A DNA stretch of 64,000 nt. It comes from Nemertoderma westbladi (Eukaryota; Animalia; Xenacoelomorpha). Under the pieces are notes generated by a model, which worked only from the letters and a program-made list of their open reading frames with translations, was not told the origin of the DNA and did no database searches. Positions 37,326 to 50,440 of this stretch are shown piece after piece. How positions within the stretch are numbered: the first letter of the stretch is position 1; every line of letters begins with the position of its first letter. The stretch covers positions 1-64,000 of the forward strand of contig JAUCBJ010005043.1 of the NCBI GenBank assembly GCA_032718475.1. Reading direction: 5' to 3'. The position numbers and the translations under genes are program-made.

Positions 37326-38003
37326 TTTACTGTTACAGGTTGGTTATATATAGTACAGTAGTATAGTTTAAGCTAGAGTATACCGGTATTTGTTTTTTCT
37401 TATTTTGGTTAACAAAATTATAGTTCACTGTTAGAAAAATTGAGTTTATATATATTTTTGTAGAGGGTCGCAGATGTGTACATTACAAAATTCACATAGT
37501 TAACAAAATGCACAACATAAACCTTTCCCATGAGGATTAGCGATATATGCTCTGTTCATTGTTCTATTCTGAATGTAGGGAGATGCATAGCGGATGTTTT
37601 AATGATATGTACCGGTATACAGACTAGTAACAGATAGGATGGCATTGTCTTTGACTATGAATACCAGCACATACCCCTAATCTTTTCTCACCGAGCTTAG
37701 CGTTGCCCACCGCACTCACGCACACTCATAAGTAACAGATGCGCTATTGTGGCTCACTCGTGAGCAACAATGCCAAGTTAGCTAGCTAGCTAGCCGCGGC
37801 TGCTGAGTATACTATGTCTACTTGAGTGTTACAAGAAACAATCGCTCTACTGAAGTTAATTTCCCCCCTCAAACTAGTTGTTGATTTTAAAAAAATATTC
37901 ATAAATTTCTTCTCCCTTCAATTTAATATATATATTTTACAGTAAAAATCTCCACCACCAAACAGCAACAACAACAATAAATTTCACTCGTACTAATTAT
38001 ATT

Positions 38004-38546
38004 TTACATCAAAAACCCCACACCAAACAATAATAAATTATTAACCAGCTTGTTGAAAATAGGATAATATATATGAAATTTAAACGGGGAACACATTAAT
38101 GTACATTTACCAGTGTAGAAACAGCAAACAACAACAATATTATTTATTCTGACTTTACAGTTATTGAATATTTCAGGGTCGTATGAAATTTCTAGTTTAA
38201 CATTATCAAATATAACATAAAACCCGATATTATTTATAAGTAACCTATAAATTACAGTATCGATACTAAAAATATAAGTACACAAATTGATTGATTTAGA
38301 AATCAAATTAATGTTTGTTTTTTCTAATATATGTTTTTTCACTTTATTAAAATTATATTTTCTACCGAGAATTGTTATTCGTCCATTTGTAAACATTAAT
38401 ATGGTTGCACCAAATACCTTATATATAAACTGATTAGGTTTGAGTACAATTTTACCATTCAATTGCTTTTTTAATTCTTTTAAATTAAGTCCATAAATGA
38501 TCTGCTTACAACTTATATTTTTATTTACTATTTGATAATTCATCAT
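38004..38546 (-). CDS. Divergent TATA-binding-protein (TBP)-like protein
   Basis: Two-repeat TBP pattern: YQIVNKNISC...LNLKEL...QFIYK...ATILMFTNGRITILG, then KSINLCTYIF...YDPEIFNNCKVRI...VCCFYTGKCTLM (compare TBP YEPELFPGLIYRM...LIFVSGKVVLTG). Start taken at ATG 38546; ~180 aa. Confidence 0.78.
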   Translation of the reverse strand: MMNYQIVNKNISCKQIIYGLNLKELKKQLNGKIVLKPNQFIYKVFGATILMFTNGRITILGRKYNFNKVKKHILEKTNINLISKSINLCTYIFSIDTVIYRLLINNIGFYVIFDNVKLEISYDPEIFNNCKVRINNIVVVCCFYTGKCTLMCSPFKFHIYYPIFNKLVNNLLLFGVGFLM

Positions 38547-41500
38547 CAACACCGTCGTCTTTTGGTTCTTCATAAATTGGTATATTTGATATTTTTATAG
38601 GTTTTTTGAGGTTTGTTTTATAGTGCCCCCAAGGAAGCGATTGATTTTTATTAAGCCAATAAAGTTTATCATCAAAGCTACTGAGTGCAAATTTATTTTG
38701 CTTTAAGGTATAAATACGATGTAATTTAGATTGAAATCTGTGTATGTTTTTTTTTATTTCTTCATTTGAGTTATATGCTTTTAAATATTCTTCATGTGTA
38801 ATATTCGTTTCCACAACAGCTCTTGTAATACCTTTTGCTCTACGAATATTTTTATTATTCCATTCCAAAATTGAATATAATTTTGGTCTTAAAAATACTG
38901 CCTGTTTAATTTCAAGTGAGGCTAGTTCGTCTTTACAGTAATAGAGTCTGGATTTATTTTTATCACTGTAGAGTGGGTGATCCTTAGGGTAATTGGATGT
39001 ATCTAAAATATTATTTTTAATTAATGCTTTTAAAAAATTATTCTGCGATGTATTATAGTAACAACCTATCAATGAGTCAGTGTCTGATGCAGCAATTTCA
39101 ATACGGCAGTTTAATTCTTTCTCAATAGGTAGCAATTTATTGTAATACAGCTCATACATATCCAATTTAGCCAAGTCCAACACAGTGCTACCAATAAATA
39201 TAGGCTTATCGAGAGTTACAGAGTCTTTCACTAATAAATGTTCCGATAATGTATTATTGTATATTATAAATTGTTCATGATTAATACGATTTACCAATTG
39301 ATCGCATTTATCGTTGCTATTTGCGATACGAAAGTTATATCGATCTCTTATCTTTTCTATTGATTTGCCAAACAGCGAATTATTGAGCAATTTCGCGACA
39401 GCTGTTTCAATATAACTTTTTGCCAGTCACCTTTGATTAATATTAAAATCGATGTAATTTTTAAATACAAATTCTTGTTGAAAAGAATATAATTTATGTA
39501 GTTTAGTAACAATTAATCCATGTTTTATATAAAATTTTAACAGTTTCAAATGTAAATGATAAAACTCTTTATCAAATTGTGTCAGCATGAGTTTTGGTAT
39601 AGACATTCTATATTTACGGGTGGTACCTCTTTGTATTGACAAGTTATTAAATTGTTCCCGCATATAAGGTGAAAGCATTGATTCATTTATACTTAAATGC
39701 TCGGGGGCTAACGGTAATTGTAATGTTTGATCGTGAATAGCCTTGGGATAATTTAAATCACATATTAAAAAATATCCAGTAGATCAATGTCCATCAATGT
39801 CTAAATCTACCAAGTACTCGATTAGTTTTTCTGGAATTGCATTCTCTAAATGTTTAATACTTACTTCTTTAAATTGTGAGGTGGGTAGTTTTTTACTTAA
39901 ATTCCCAGAATATAAAGAGTTGAAATCAATATTAAAAATATGGCATTCTTCCTTAGTAGAATCATATGTACTTGTACCTGGTATATTTGATTCTATATAA
40001 TGTTTTTGACAAAATGAAACACCACCCCTAATTGATTTTTCAAAATCTCTATATGTCTGATAATCCTTTATTAATTCTATTTTACATTTATTATATTTTA
40101 GCGCGCAATCATAGGTAAATGACGCGATACTACAGTAAAAAACCGCTTCTAAATCGTAATTTTGTTTACAAACATTCCTAAAATTCTCAAATATATCGGC
40201 AAGCAAACAAACATCGAGTTTTAAATAGGCTAAAAGATAATCTTTGAGATTCACACAGTCGAATTCTACCCATGATATTCCCGCAAACCTATAATCTTCA
40301 ATTGTGCATGTTTTTTGACTTAAGTTACTAAAAAAATTATTTATAGACGGTAAACCAGTATCATTAAATTTATTAATATCTGTCAAGTACTCGTATGGAA
40401 ATACTCCTTTCCATTTAATTGTTGAGTTATTCAAGTTTGGATAAAAATGTTTCATTTCTTGTAGAGTAATAGGTAAAATTGAGCTTATATCATGACTGGC
40501 TACATCCTTTGTTGAACACTCAACTAAATTACTTAAAGAAAAGCTTAAAAATTGATATGTGTCTAAGAAACGTAACTCAATTTTCTTAGAAGTATTTTTA
40601 ATTGGGATAAACGCACTCAGTGAAATATATCGTTCTGTATTTCTCGGTATAACCTTTATATCCCAATCTGTGTATTTCTTATCTCTAAATCCGCTTTGTA
40701 ATATACAATGTATATCGTAATTGTTGGAATTATGGCCACAAAGTACATACAGGTATCGTTTCAATGATAAACTTCGGTTACAACTATTACAGGCTGCCGC
40801 AATATATTTACCTGTAATATGTGAATGGTGTCTGTTTTTCCCTACATTATTATTTAAAGTAACATTACAATAAAAACAAAATTTTGCTTGTTCAAAATTT
40901 ACAAAATCAATATTAGTAAATGACATAGTTTTATGAGTGTATATTTCTGACCAACAACATAATTCAGTTAAATCAGTATATAATGAATCTAAGAAATCTT
41001 GAATACAATTATTATTATTTGACTTTACGAATGTTTTCAAATGACATTTTGGAGCATCAATTAATTCAGTATTGGGAACAATTAAATAACTCACAGCACA
41101 CGGTATATGCTCCTGTATAATTTGATTATTAACTGTCGGTTGTAAGATACATTCTATATCAAAGTAGGTGACAAACAATGGGGATAAGGTTCTATCTAAA
41201 TTTGTAAAACTAATGTGTGTTCTTTTTTTATTAGGTAGTTTCTCGCGCTGACTTCTTCCTTGGTAGCAGGCGAGACAGTGTTGATAAAGAACTTCCGCTC
41301 GAAAAAAATGAGCCAAACACCTTTCGCAATATTTCCTATTCCTGATATGAAGTGTTCTCGTATTCAGCAATCGATTCAAGTTAGTTATGCAAACATAATG
41401 ATTCAGTTTAGGTACATTGTTATTTTTTACTACAAGTAATATATTTAATAACTGTTTATCAGGTGTAATTTTACTAAACGGAGGTTGTCTTAATATAGAT

Positions 41501-42585
41501 ACCGGGGTGCGTTTGTTGTCGTTATTCCAACATAGTAAATTAATTATATATTTTGAATTTTGTTTTTCAAAAAGTTTAATCGCTAACTGCCACTCTGTTG
41601 GATAATCTTTGTTCCCATTGTCAAAAATGAAATGAGTCATATAATTTTTGTACGATGAAGTATGGTTTTTATTATTTTTCACTTTGCTACCAAATTTTGC
41701 GGATATAATAGCCCATTTGAAACAATCATTATCAGCCGTTTGTATATTTATTGTACATTTTTTAGCTGATAAAGCCTTAGGTAATTCCATATATCCATGC
41801 CCCTTATATAGTAACGATCTACACTTAGATTCAGCTAATTTAATTTCAACCCTTAATAAAGATTTAATACGCCACCCAGAACCACGTGTGTTAAAGATGG
41901 CTATTTTTTGTAATATATTTTCCACAACATACTCAAACCATGTGTCAAAACTTTGCGGTGAATCTACAGTATTAATAGCACCACCGGAAGAATTAAAATA
42001 AAAGGTTTCCAATTGCTCACCTTCTGAAAAATGTGACCTGTACATTAATACATTTAGACCTAACCACAGTCTAAGAACATTCATTTCTTTCAATCTGTCT
42101 AATATTAACTGAAGAATATTACCTCGAATTTGTGTTAATGCTGTTTCTACATCGGGATAATCTCTAGAAGTTGGGAGGTCGTGGACATAAATTTCAAGAC
42201 GATTATCGTGAGCTTCTTGTTCCCGCGTAAAAATTATTGCGCATGTACCAAGAGCCACCCTTAAGTTTTTTCTAGATAATATATTTTTATGTTGCGGAGA
42301 TTTACGCTTTCTTGTGTAGTAACATTTCAAGTGACAATCGTGTCGTAAATAATTGTCATATGTATACTCTTTATTACAGGTAGAACAAGTCAATTGATAG
42401 GTGCGGAACTCCATTTCTTTACAACCAGTAGTTGATTCAAGTCGTTTACAAATTTCGCTGCATGAAGTCACGACATGACACTTTAAACAAGAATAACTTT
42501 CAAAATGTGACCGTAGGTGGCGTAAATAATTATGTCTAGTTACATTCATATGACAGAATGAACAACATATTGTTATTTTATCCAT
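38521..42585 (-). pseudogene. Protein-primed family B DNA polymerase (~1354 aa) with N-terminal Zn fingers and an HNH/EndoVII insert; two in-frame TGA stops
   Basis: One reading frame with TGA at 39784-39786 and 39427-39429. GSGW, CFKWA, exonuclease motifs YFDIEC/HNSNNYD/FLDT/YLKLDV, HNH-like CFYC...RHHSHITGKY...CNSCN, polymerase motifs DFNSLY, KLLNNSLFGK, SDTDS, PKLY, RAKG. Confidence 0.96.
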
Positions 42586-42781
42586 GTTGAAGTTTGTTTA
42601 GATAAATAATAATAATAATAATAATAAAATATCTCCAAAGATTAAAATAAAATGAAATGATATGATATTGACTACATCTAAACATTTATATGCTAGCGAG
42701 TGAAATAATTTTAAACCAATCACCAATCACCAATCGCTTATGACTATTGGAAACCGCAAAGAGTTTAACTTGTGATTAGGC

Positions 42782-43846
42782 TTACATGTTAGGATAATAA
42801 TCTGGTTTCCATGGAGAATTAGTAACAGGCTCTACTAGAACTGGGTTACTGACAACTTTCTGTTTCTTTGCAGGTGATGCGTTGGTAAATTTACTCGATG
42901 ATCTTGGCTTCCGAGGTAATATTTCAGGAAAGACCTGTTGCGGTTGAGAGCAACTCTCTTCAACATCCGGATTAGGTGATGGGATCTCTACGAAAGCTTT
43001 AGGTTTATCCAAAAGGACAAAACCGTCAACATGGGCTTCAGTAAGAGAAACGCCATCCATCGATTCTTTGAGAAAACTAATATGGGCTTTATCATTCAAG
43101 TAATGCAACTCGATAGAATTTCCGCCGGCACCTACTTCAGTAGAATTATCGGTGTTGGTGATAATAATTTTTTTATTATTGGTTTTAATCATTTTGAGAC
43201 GGTCTGATAATTGAATGATATTTTTATCAAAAAGATGCTTGTCTGTTTCATCGACTTGGTTGTCCCACTCTCGCAACAAAACGGTTAGTTCCTGTTTTGA
43301 CAAATTGAAACCTGTATAATAGTTAAAACCAACACTATCAGCGTATCTGAGGCTGATTTTCCATAAGCCAACATAGTTGGTTCCTTTAAAAGCTGTTACA
43401 AATCCAATAAACTCTGGATTTGATAATTCAATGTAGAATTGATCGCTAATAATCTCTAGCGGTGGAGAGAGAAATTGCAATAATTTCCCTCTGTATTGAA
43501 TTAGAACTTCAATAAAAGCTTTGTTGAGAACTTTACATTTGCCTTGTTTCTGAACGTAAACATCACCCGATGTGGGGTTGATGGAAATATTCAAATTTCC
43601 CCGCGCAAAACGAAGAGTGGGATATATCCTACCTGGTATAATTGCTGGTCTGTATTGATGTTGGTTGTTGTTGGTTGTTTCTAGAATGTCTAACAAATAG
43701 CGGGTATCTTGATGGGAAAAACAAATTGATTCGTTGTCCTCCTGAGATTCCACAATAAAATACTTGCTGTGAACGACGGTACAAGTATATTTATTGTAAG
43801 TAAATTTCCAGCTATTTGTTGCTCCGGTTTTTTGCGTTAAGGCCAT
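42782..43846 (-). CDS. Maverick protein with a PC4-like ssDNA-binding/coactivator domain
   Basis: FVTAFKGTNYVGLWK...YTGFNLSKQELTVL matches the PC4 pattern V..FKG...IDIR...GISL...QW..L; NLS-like PAKKQK at the C-terminus. Confidence 0.6.
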   Translation of the reverse strand: MALTQKTGATNSWKFTYNKYTCTVVHSKYFIVESQEDNESICFSHQDTRYLLDILETTNNNQHQYRPAIIPGRIYPTLRFARGNLNISINPTSGDVYVQKQGKCKVLNKAFIEVLIQYRGKLLQFLSPPLEIISDQFYIELSNPEFIGFVTAFKGTNYVGLWKISLRYADSVGFNYYTGFNLSKQELTVLLREWDNQVDETDKHLFDKNIIQLSDRLKMIKTNNKKIIITNTDNSTEVGAGGNSIELHYLNDKAHISFLKESMDGVSLTEAHVDGFVLLDKPKAFVEIPSPNPDVEESCSQPQQVFPEILPRKPRSSSKFTNASPAKKQKVVSNPVLVEPVTNSPWKPDYYPNM

Positions 43847-46043
43847 AATCTAATATATATAAATCTCGATTGTCTGTGTGTTTGTCATCGGCTATACAAT
43901 CGAACCCATCTCGATGAAATCTCGCTTGCTATAGCTCGTTAGAAAGGTCTCGCCCTAACTCGTTGCAACGTAATACTCAGAGTCGTCTGAAGTTCGCCCG
44001 TCTGCCGCTAGAGGGCGATTTTCGTGATTTTCGGGCGAAATTTATCGAATTATTTCGGTTCTTCTATCGGTAATTAATGATTTAGAGGGCTAACATTTAT
44101 CCCACCTGGTATAAAATTAACATGGGTAGATTCGCCGTGTCCCATTCTCACAAAGTATTTATTTTATTCGAGTGTTTAATATAAATATGTATGATTATTT
44201 ATTGATTAAAAAACAAATAGTGTATAAATATGTCATATTCGCCAAGCACGATCGAATTGGCCTATTGTTATTGAATAGGGAAGGATTGTTTTCTGTAGCA
44301 ACCTTAAGGTAATTATTGAACTCGCAGCTAGCTGGCTGGGCACAGATAAGGAGCAAGCAGGCTGGAGTGTTGATTGGGGTGGGTTTGGGTTGTAGTAATT
44401 CTGCTTTCTCAATCATTGGCTGCATGGAAGGAGAGGTTTATAACATTTTTGTTTTACTGTTATGAATATTAAAAGTAAAAATAATTATTTCTATAGGCCT
44501 ATACTTACTGTATTATTATGTTATCTAATATTATACATCTAATCTCGATGAAATCTCGCTTACTATAGCTCGTTAGATAGGTCTCGCCCTAACTCGTTGC
44601 AACGTAATACTCAGAGCCGTCTGAAGTTCCCCCGTCTGCCGCTAGAGGGCGAATTATCCGATAGTGAAAACCTGATCTTATTGGGTTGTTTTTAATGCTT
44701 TTGAGCTGAAACTTGGTAGCTATATACTGCAGCATAGGCTGTATATTTCCGGAGTCACTGGGTGGTCTACAGTTCCCCAGTCTACCGTTAGAGTGCTAAA
44801 TGTCTGAGAGATAACATCTTCTCCAACTTTATTATTTACAATCCGTTTTGACTGAAACTTGGTAGGCATCTACTACAGCATAGGCTGAATCTTTACTGAG
44901 TCGCAGAGTCGTCTACAATTTCCCAGTCTACCGCTAGAGGGCGAAATGTCTGCAAGTTAACATCTTCTCCAACTTTGTTATTTATAATCCATTTAGACTG
45001 AACTTGGTAGGCATCTACTACAGCATAGGCTATATCTTTACTGAGTCGCGCAGAGTTGTCTACAGTACCCGCGTCTGCCGCTAGAGGGCGAAATGTATGA
45101 AAGTTAACATCTGCTCCAACTTTGTTATTTACAATCCTTTTAGACTGAAACTTGGTAGGCATCTACTATAGCATAGGCTATATCTTTGCGGAGTAGTAGA
45201 GTCGTCTACAGTTCCACAGTCAGACGCAAGAGGGCGAATTGTCTGATAGTGAAAACCTCATCCCATTTGGTTCTTTTTAATCCTTTTGAGCTGAAACTTG
45301 GCAGGTATCTACTACATCCTAGGCTCTATCTTTACGGAGTTGCAGAGTCCTATACACTTCCCCAGTCTACCGCTAGAGGGTGAAATGTCTGAAAATTAAC
45401 ATCTTCTCCAACTTTGTTATTTACAAACGGTTTAGACTGAAACTTGGTAGGCATCTACTACAGCATAGGCTCTACCTTTACGGAGTCGCAGAGTTGTATA
45501 CAGTTCCCCTATCTGCCGCTAGAGGGCGAATTGTCTGATAGTGAACACCTCATCCCAATTGGTTCTCTTTAATCCCTTTGAGCTGAAACTTGGCAGGAAT
45601 CTACTGCAGCATATTCTGTATCTTTACGGAGTCCCAGAGTCGTCTACAGTTCTTCAGTCTACCGCTAGAAGTCTGAATGTGAACATCTACACCAATTTTG
45701 TTATTTACAATCTGTTTAAGCTGAAACTTGAAAGGCAGGCATTTTACTTCACCATAAACCCCACCTTTACCAAACTGCAGCGCCGTCTGCATTTCACCAG
45801 TCCGCAGGTAGAGGGTGGATCTGAAAGTGATCATTTTCTGGAAATTTTGTTATTTACAATCTGACTAAAGTTGAAACTTGACAGTTATCTCTTATGGGGG
45901 TGGTGTTTTATTTAATGATGGTGTCTGTTCCGTATGCAGTTCTCCAATCTCCCACACATATTCATATATCATCTGCACGTGCACTAGAAAGCTGTGGCCC
46001 GAAGGGCCACAGGCTTTCTAGTCTAATATATATAAATATCGAT

Positions 46044-46075
<32 letters not shown>

Positions 46076-48282
46076 ATCAGCTATACAATCGAACCCATCT
46101 TGATGAAATCTCGCTTGCTATAGCTCGTTAGAAAGGTCTCGCTCTAACTCGTTGCAACGTAATACTCAGAGTCGTCTGAAGTTCACCCGTCTGCCGCTAG
46201 AGGGCGATTTTCGTGATTTTCGGGCGAAATTTATCGAATTATTTCGGTTCTTCTATCGGTAATTAATTATTTAGAGGGCTAACATTTATCCCATCTGGTA
46301 TAAAATTAACATGAGTAGATTCGCCGTGTCCCATTCTCACAAAGTTTTTATTTTATTCGAGTGTTTAATATAAATATGTATGATTATTTATTGATTAAAC
46401 ACCAAATAGTGTATAAATATGTCATATTCGCCAAGCACGATCGAATTGGCCTATTGGTATTGAATAAGGAAGGATTGTTTTCTGTATCATAGCAACGTTA
46501 AGGTAATTATTGAACTCGCAGCTAGCTGGCTGGGCACAGATAAGGAGCAAGCAGGCTGGAGTGTTGATTGGGGTGGGTTTGGGTTGTCTATTGCGAATTG
46601 CTCAGAGTAATTCTGTTTTCTCAATCATTGGCTGCATGGAAGGAGAGGTTTATAACATTTTTGTTTTACTGTTATGAATACCGGTATTAAAAGTAAAATA
46701 ATTATTATTTCTGTAGGCCTATACTTACTGTATTATTATTTTATCTAATATTATACATCTAATCTCGATGAAATCTCGCTTACTATAGCTCGTTAGATAG
46801 GTCTCGCCCTAACTCGTTGCAACGTAATACTCAGAGCCGTCTGAAGTTCCCCCGTCTGCCGCTAGAGGGCGAATTGTCCGATATTGAAAACCTGATCTCA
46901 TTGGGTTGTTTTTAATGCTTTTGAGTTGAAACTCTGTAGCTATATACTGCAGCATAGGCTGTATATTTCCGGAGTCACTGAGTTGTCTACAGTTCCCCAG
47001 TCTACCGTTAGAGGGCTAAATGTCTGAGAGTTAACATCTTCTCCAACTTTGTTATTTATAATCCGTTTAGACTGAACTTGGTAGGCATCTACTACAGCAT
47101 AGGCTATATCTTTACTGAGTCGCGCAGAGTTGTCTACAGTACCCGCGTCTGCCGCTAGAGGGTGAAATGTATGAAAGTAAACATATTTTCCAACTTTGTT
47201 ATTTACAATCCTTTTATACTGGAACTTGGTAGGCATCTACTATAGCATAGGCTATATCTTTGCGGAGTAGTAGAGTCGTCTACAATTCCCCAGTCTACCG
47301 CTAGAGGGCGAAATGTCTGAAAGTTAACATCTTCTCCAACTTTGTTATTTATAATCCATTTAGACTGAACTTGGTAGGCATCTACTACAGCATAGGCCAT
47401 ATCTTTACTGAGTCCCGCAGAGTTGTCTACATTACCCGCGTCTGCCGCTAGAGGGCGAAATGTATGAAAGTTAACATCTCCTCCAACTTTGTTATTTACA
47501 ATCCTTTTAGACTGAATCTTGGTAGGCATCTACTATAGCATAGGCTATATCTTTGCAGAGTAGTAGAGTCGTCTACAGTTCCACAGTCAGCCGCTAGAGG
47601 GCGAATTGTCTGATAGTGAAAACCTCATCCCATTTGGTTCTTTTTAATCATTTTGAGCTGAAAATTGGTAGGCATCTACTACAGCATAGGCTGTACCTTT
47701 ACGGAGTCGCAGAGTTGTATACAGTCCCCCCCCCCATATGCCGCTAGAGGGCGAAATATCTGATAGTGAACACCTCATCCTATTTGGTTCTTTTTAATCC
47801 TATTGAGCTGGAACTTGGCAGGAATCTACTACAGCATATTCTGTATCTTTACGGAGCCCCAGAGTCGTCTACAGTTCTTCAGTCTACCGCTAGAGGGTGA
47901 AATGTCTGAATGTAAACATCTACACCAATTTTGTTATTTACAATCTGTTTAAGCTGAAACTTGAAAGGCAGGCATTTTACTTCACCATAAACCCCATCTT
48001 TACCAAACTGCAGCGCCGTCTGCATTTCACCAGTCCGCAGGTAGAGGGTGGATCTGAAAGTGATCATTTTTCTGGAAATTTTGTTATTTACAATCTGCCT
48101 AAAGTTGAAACTTGACAGTTATCTCTTATGGCGGTGGCGTTTTATTTAATGATGGTGTCTGTTCCGTATGCAGTTCTCAAATCTCAAACACATATTCATA
48201 TATCATCTGCACTGCACGTGCACTAGAAAGCTGTGGCCCGAAGGGCCACAGGCTTTCTAGTCTAATATATATAAATCTCGAT

Positions 48283-48314
<32 letters not shown>

Positions 48315-49204
48315 ATCAGCTATACAATCGAACCCATCTCGATGAAATCTCGCTTGCTATAGCTCGTTAGAAAGGTCTCGCTCTAACTCGTTGCAACGTA
48401 ATACTCAGAGTCGTCTGAAGTTCACCCGTCTGCCGCTAGAGGGCGATTTTCGTGATTTTCGGGCGAAATTTATCGAATTATTTCGGTTCTTCTATCGGTA
48501 ATTAATTATTTAGAGGGCTAACATTTATCCCATCTGGTATAAAATTAACATGAGTAGATTCGCCGTGTCCCATTCTCACAAAGTTTTTATTTTATTCGAG
48601 TGTTTAATATAAATATGTATGATTATTTATTGATTAAAAACCAAATAGTGTATAAATATGTCATATTCGCCAAGCACGATCGAATTGGCCTATTGGTATT
48701 GAATAGGGAAGGATTGTTTTCTGTATCATAGCAACGTTAAGGTAATTATTGAACTCGCAGCTAGCTGGCTGGGCACAGATAAGGAGCAAGCAGGCTGGAG
48801 TGTTGATTGGGGTGGGTTTGGGTTGTCTGTTGCGAATTGCTCAGAGTAATTCTGCTTTCTCAATCATTGGCTGCATGGAAAAGGAGAGGTTTATAACATT
48901 TTTGTTTTACTGTTATGAATATTAAAAGTAAAATAATTATTTCTGTAGGCCTATACTTACTGTATTATTATTTTATCTAATATTATACATCTAATCTCGA
49001 TGAAATCTCGCTTACTATAGCTCGTTAGATAGGTCTTGCCCTAACTTGTTGCAACGTAATACTCAGAGCCGTCTGAAGTTCCACCGTCTGCCGCTAGAGG
49101 GCGAATTGTTCGATACTGAAAACCTGATCTCATTGGGTTGTTTTTAATGCTTTTGAGCTGAAACTTGGTTGCTATATACTGCAGCAGCAGCATAGGCTGT
49201 ATAT

Positions 49205-50440
49205 TTCCGGAGTCACTGAGTTGTCCACAGTTCCCCAGTCTACCGTTAGAGGGCTAAATGTCTGAGAGTTAACATCTTCTCCAACTTTGTTATTTACAAT
49301 CCGTTTAGACTGAAACTTGGTAGGCATCTACTACAGCAATGGCTGTATCTTTACTGAGTCGCAGAGTCGTCTACAATTCCCCAGTCTACCGCTAGAGGGC
49401 GAAATGTCTGAAAGTTAACATCTTCTCCAACTTTGTTATTTACAATCCGTTTAGACTGAAACTTGGTAGGCATCTACTACAGCAAAGGCTGTATCTTTAC
49501 TGAGTCGCAGAGTCGTCTACAATTCCCCAGTCTACCGTTAGAGGGCTAAATGTCTGAGAGATAACATCTTCTCCAACTTTGTTATTTACAATCCGTTTAG
49601 ACTGAAACTTGGTAGGCATCTACTACAGCAAAGGCTGTATCTTTACTGAGTCGCAGAGTCGTCTACAATTCCCCAGTCTACCGCTAGAGGGCGAAATGTC
49701 TGAAAGTTAACATCTTCTCCAACTTTGTTATTTACAATCCGTTTAGACTGAAACTTGGTAGGCATCTACTACAGCAAAGGCTGTATCTTTACTGAGTCGC
49801 AGAGTCGTCTACAATTCCCCAGTCTACCGTTAGAGGGCTAAATGTCTGAGAGTTAACATCTTCTCCAACTTTGTTATTTACAATCCGTTTAGACTGAAAC
49901 TTGGTAGGCATCTACTACAGCAAAGGCTGTATCTTTACTGAGTCGCAGAGTCGTCTACAATTCCCCAGTCTACCGCTAGAGGGCGAAATGTCTGAGAGTT
50001 AACATCTTCTCCAACTTTGTTATTTACAATCCGTTTAGACTGAAACTTGGTAGGCATCTACTACAGCAAAGGCTGTATCTTTACTGAGTCACAGAGTCGT
50101 CTACAATTCCCCAGTCTACCGCTAGAGGGCTAAATGTCTGAGAGTTAACATCTTCTCCAACTTTGTTATTTACAATCCGTTTAGACTGAAACTTGGTAGG
50201 CATCTACTACAGCAAAGGCTGTATCTTTACTGAGTCGCAGAGTCGTCTACAATTCCCCAGTCTACCGCTAGAGGGCGAAATGTCTGAAAGTTAACATCTC
50301 CTCCAACTTTGTTATTTACAATCCTTTTAGACTGAAACTTGGTAGGCATCTACTATAGCATAGGCTATATCTTTGCGGAGTAGTAGAGTCATCTACAGTT
50401 CCACAGTCAGCCGCTAGAGGGCGAATTGTCTGATAGTGAA
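49205..50440 (+). repeat. Homogeneous 146-bp tandem repeat expansion within Helitron unit 3
   Basis: ccg(c/t)tagagggc motif recurring at ~49389, 49535, 49681, 49827, 49973, 50119, 50265 and 50411. Confidence 0.93.

Noticed and set aside
38521-42585. TGA readthrough or an alternative genetic code in pPolB
   Set aside because: Other genes of the element have in-frame TAA stops and frameshifts, and TGA ends intact ORFs (27707, 28325). Decay is the simpler explanation.
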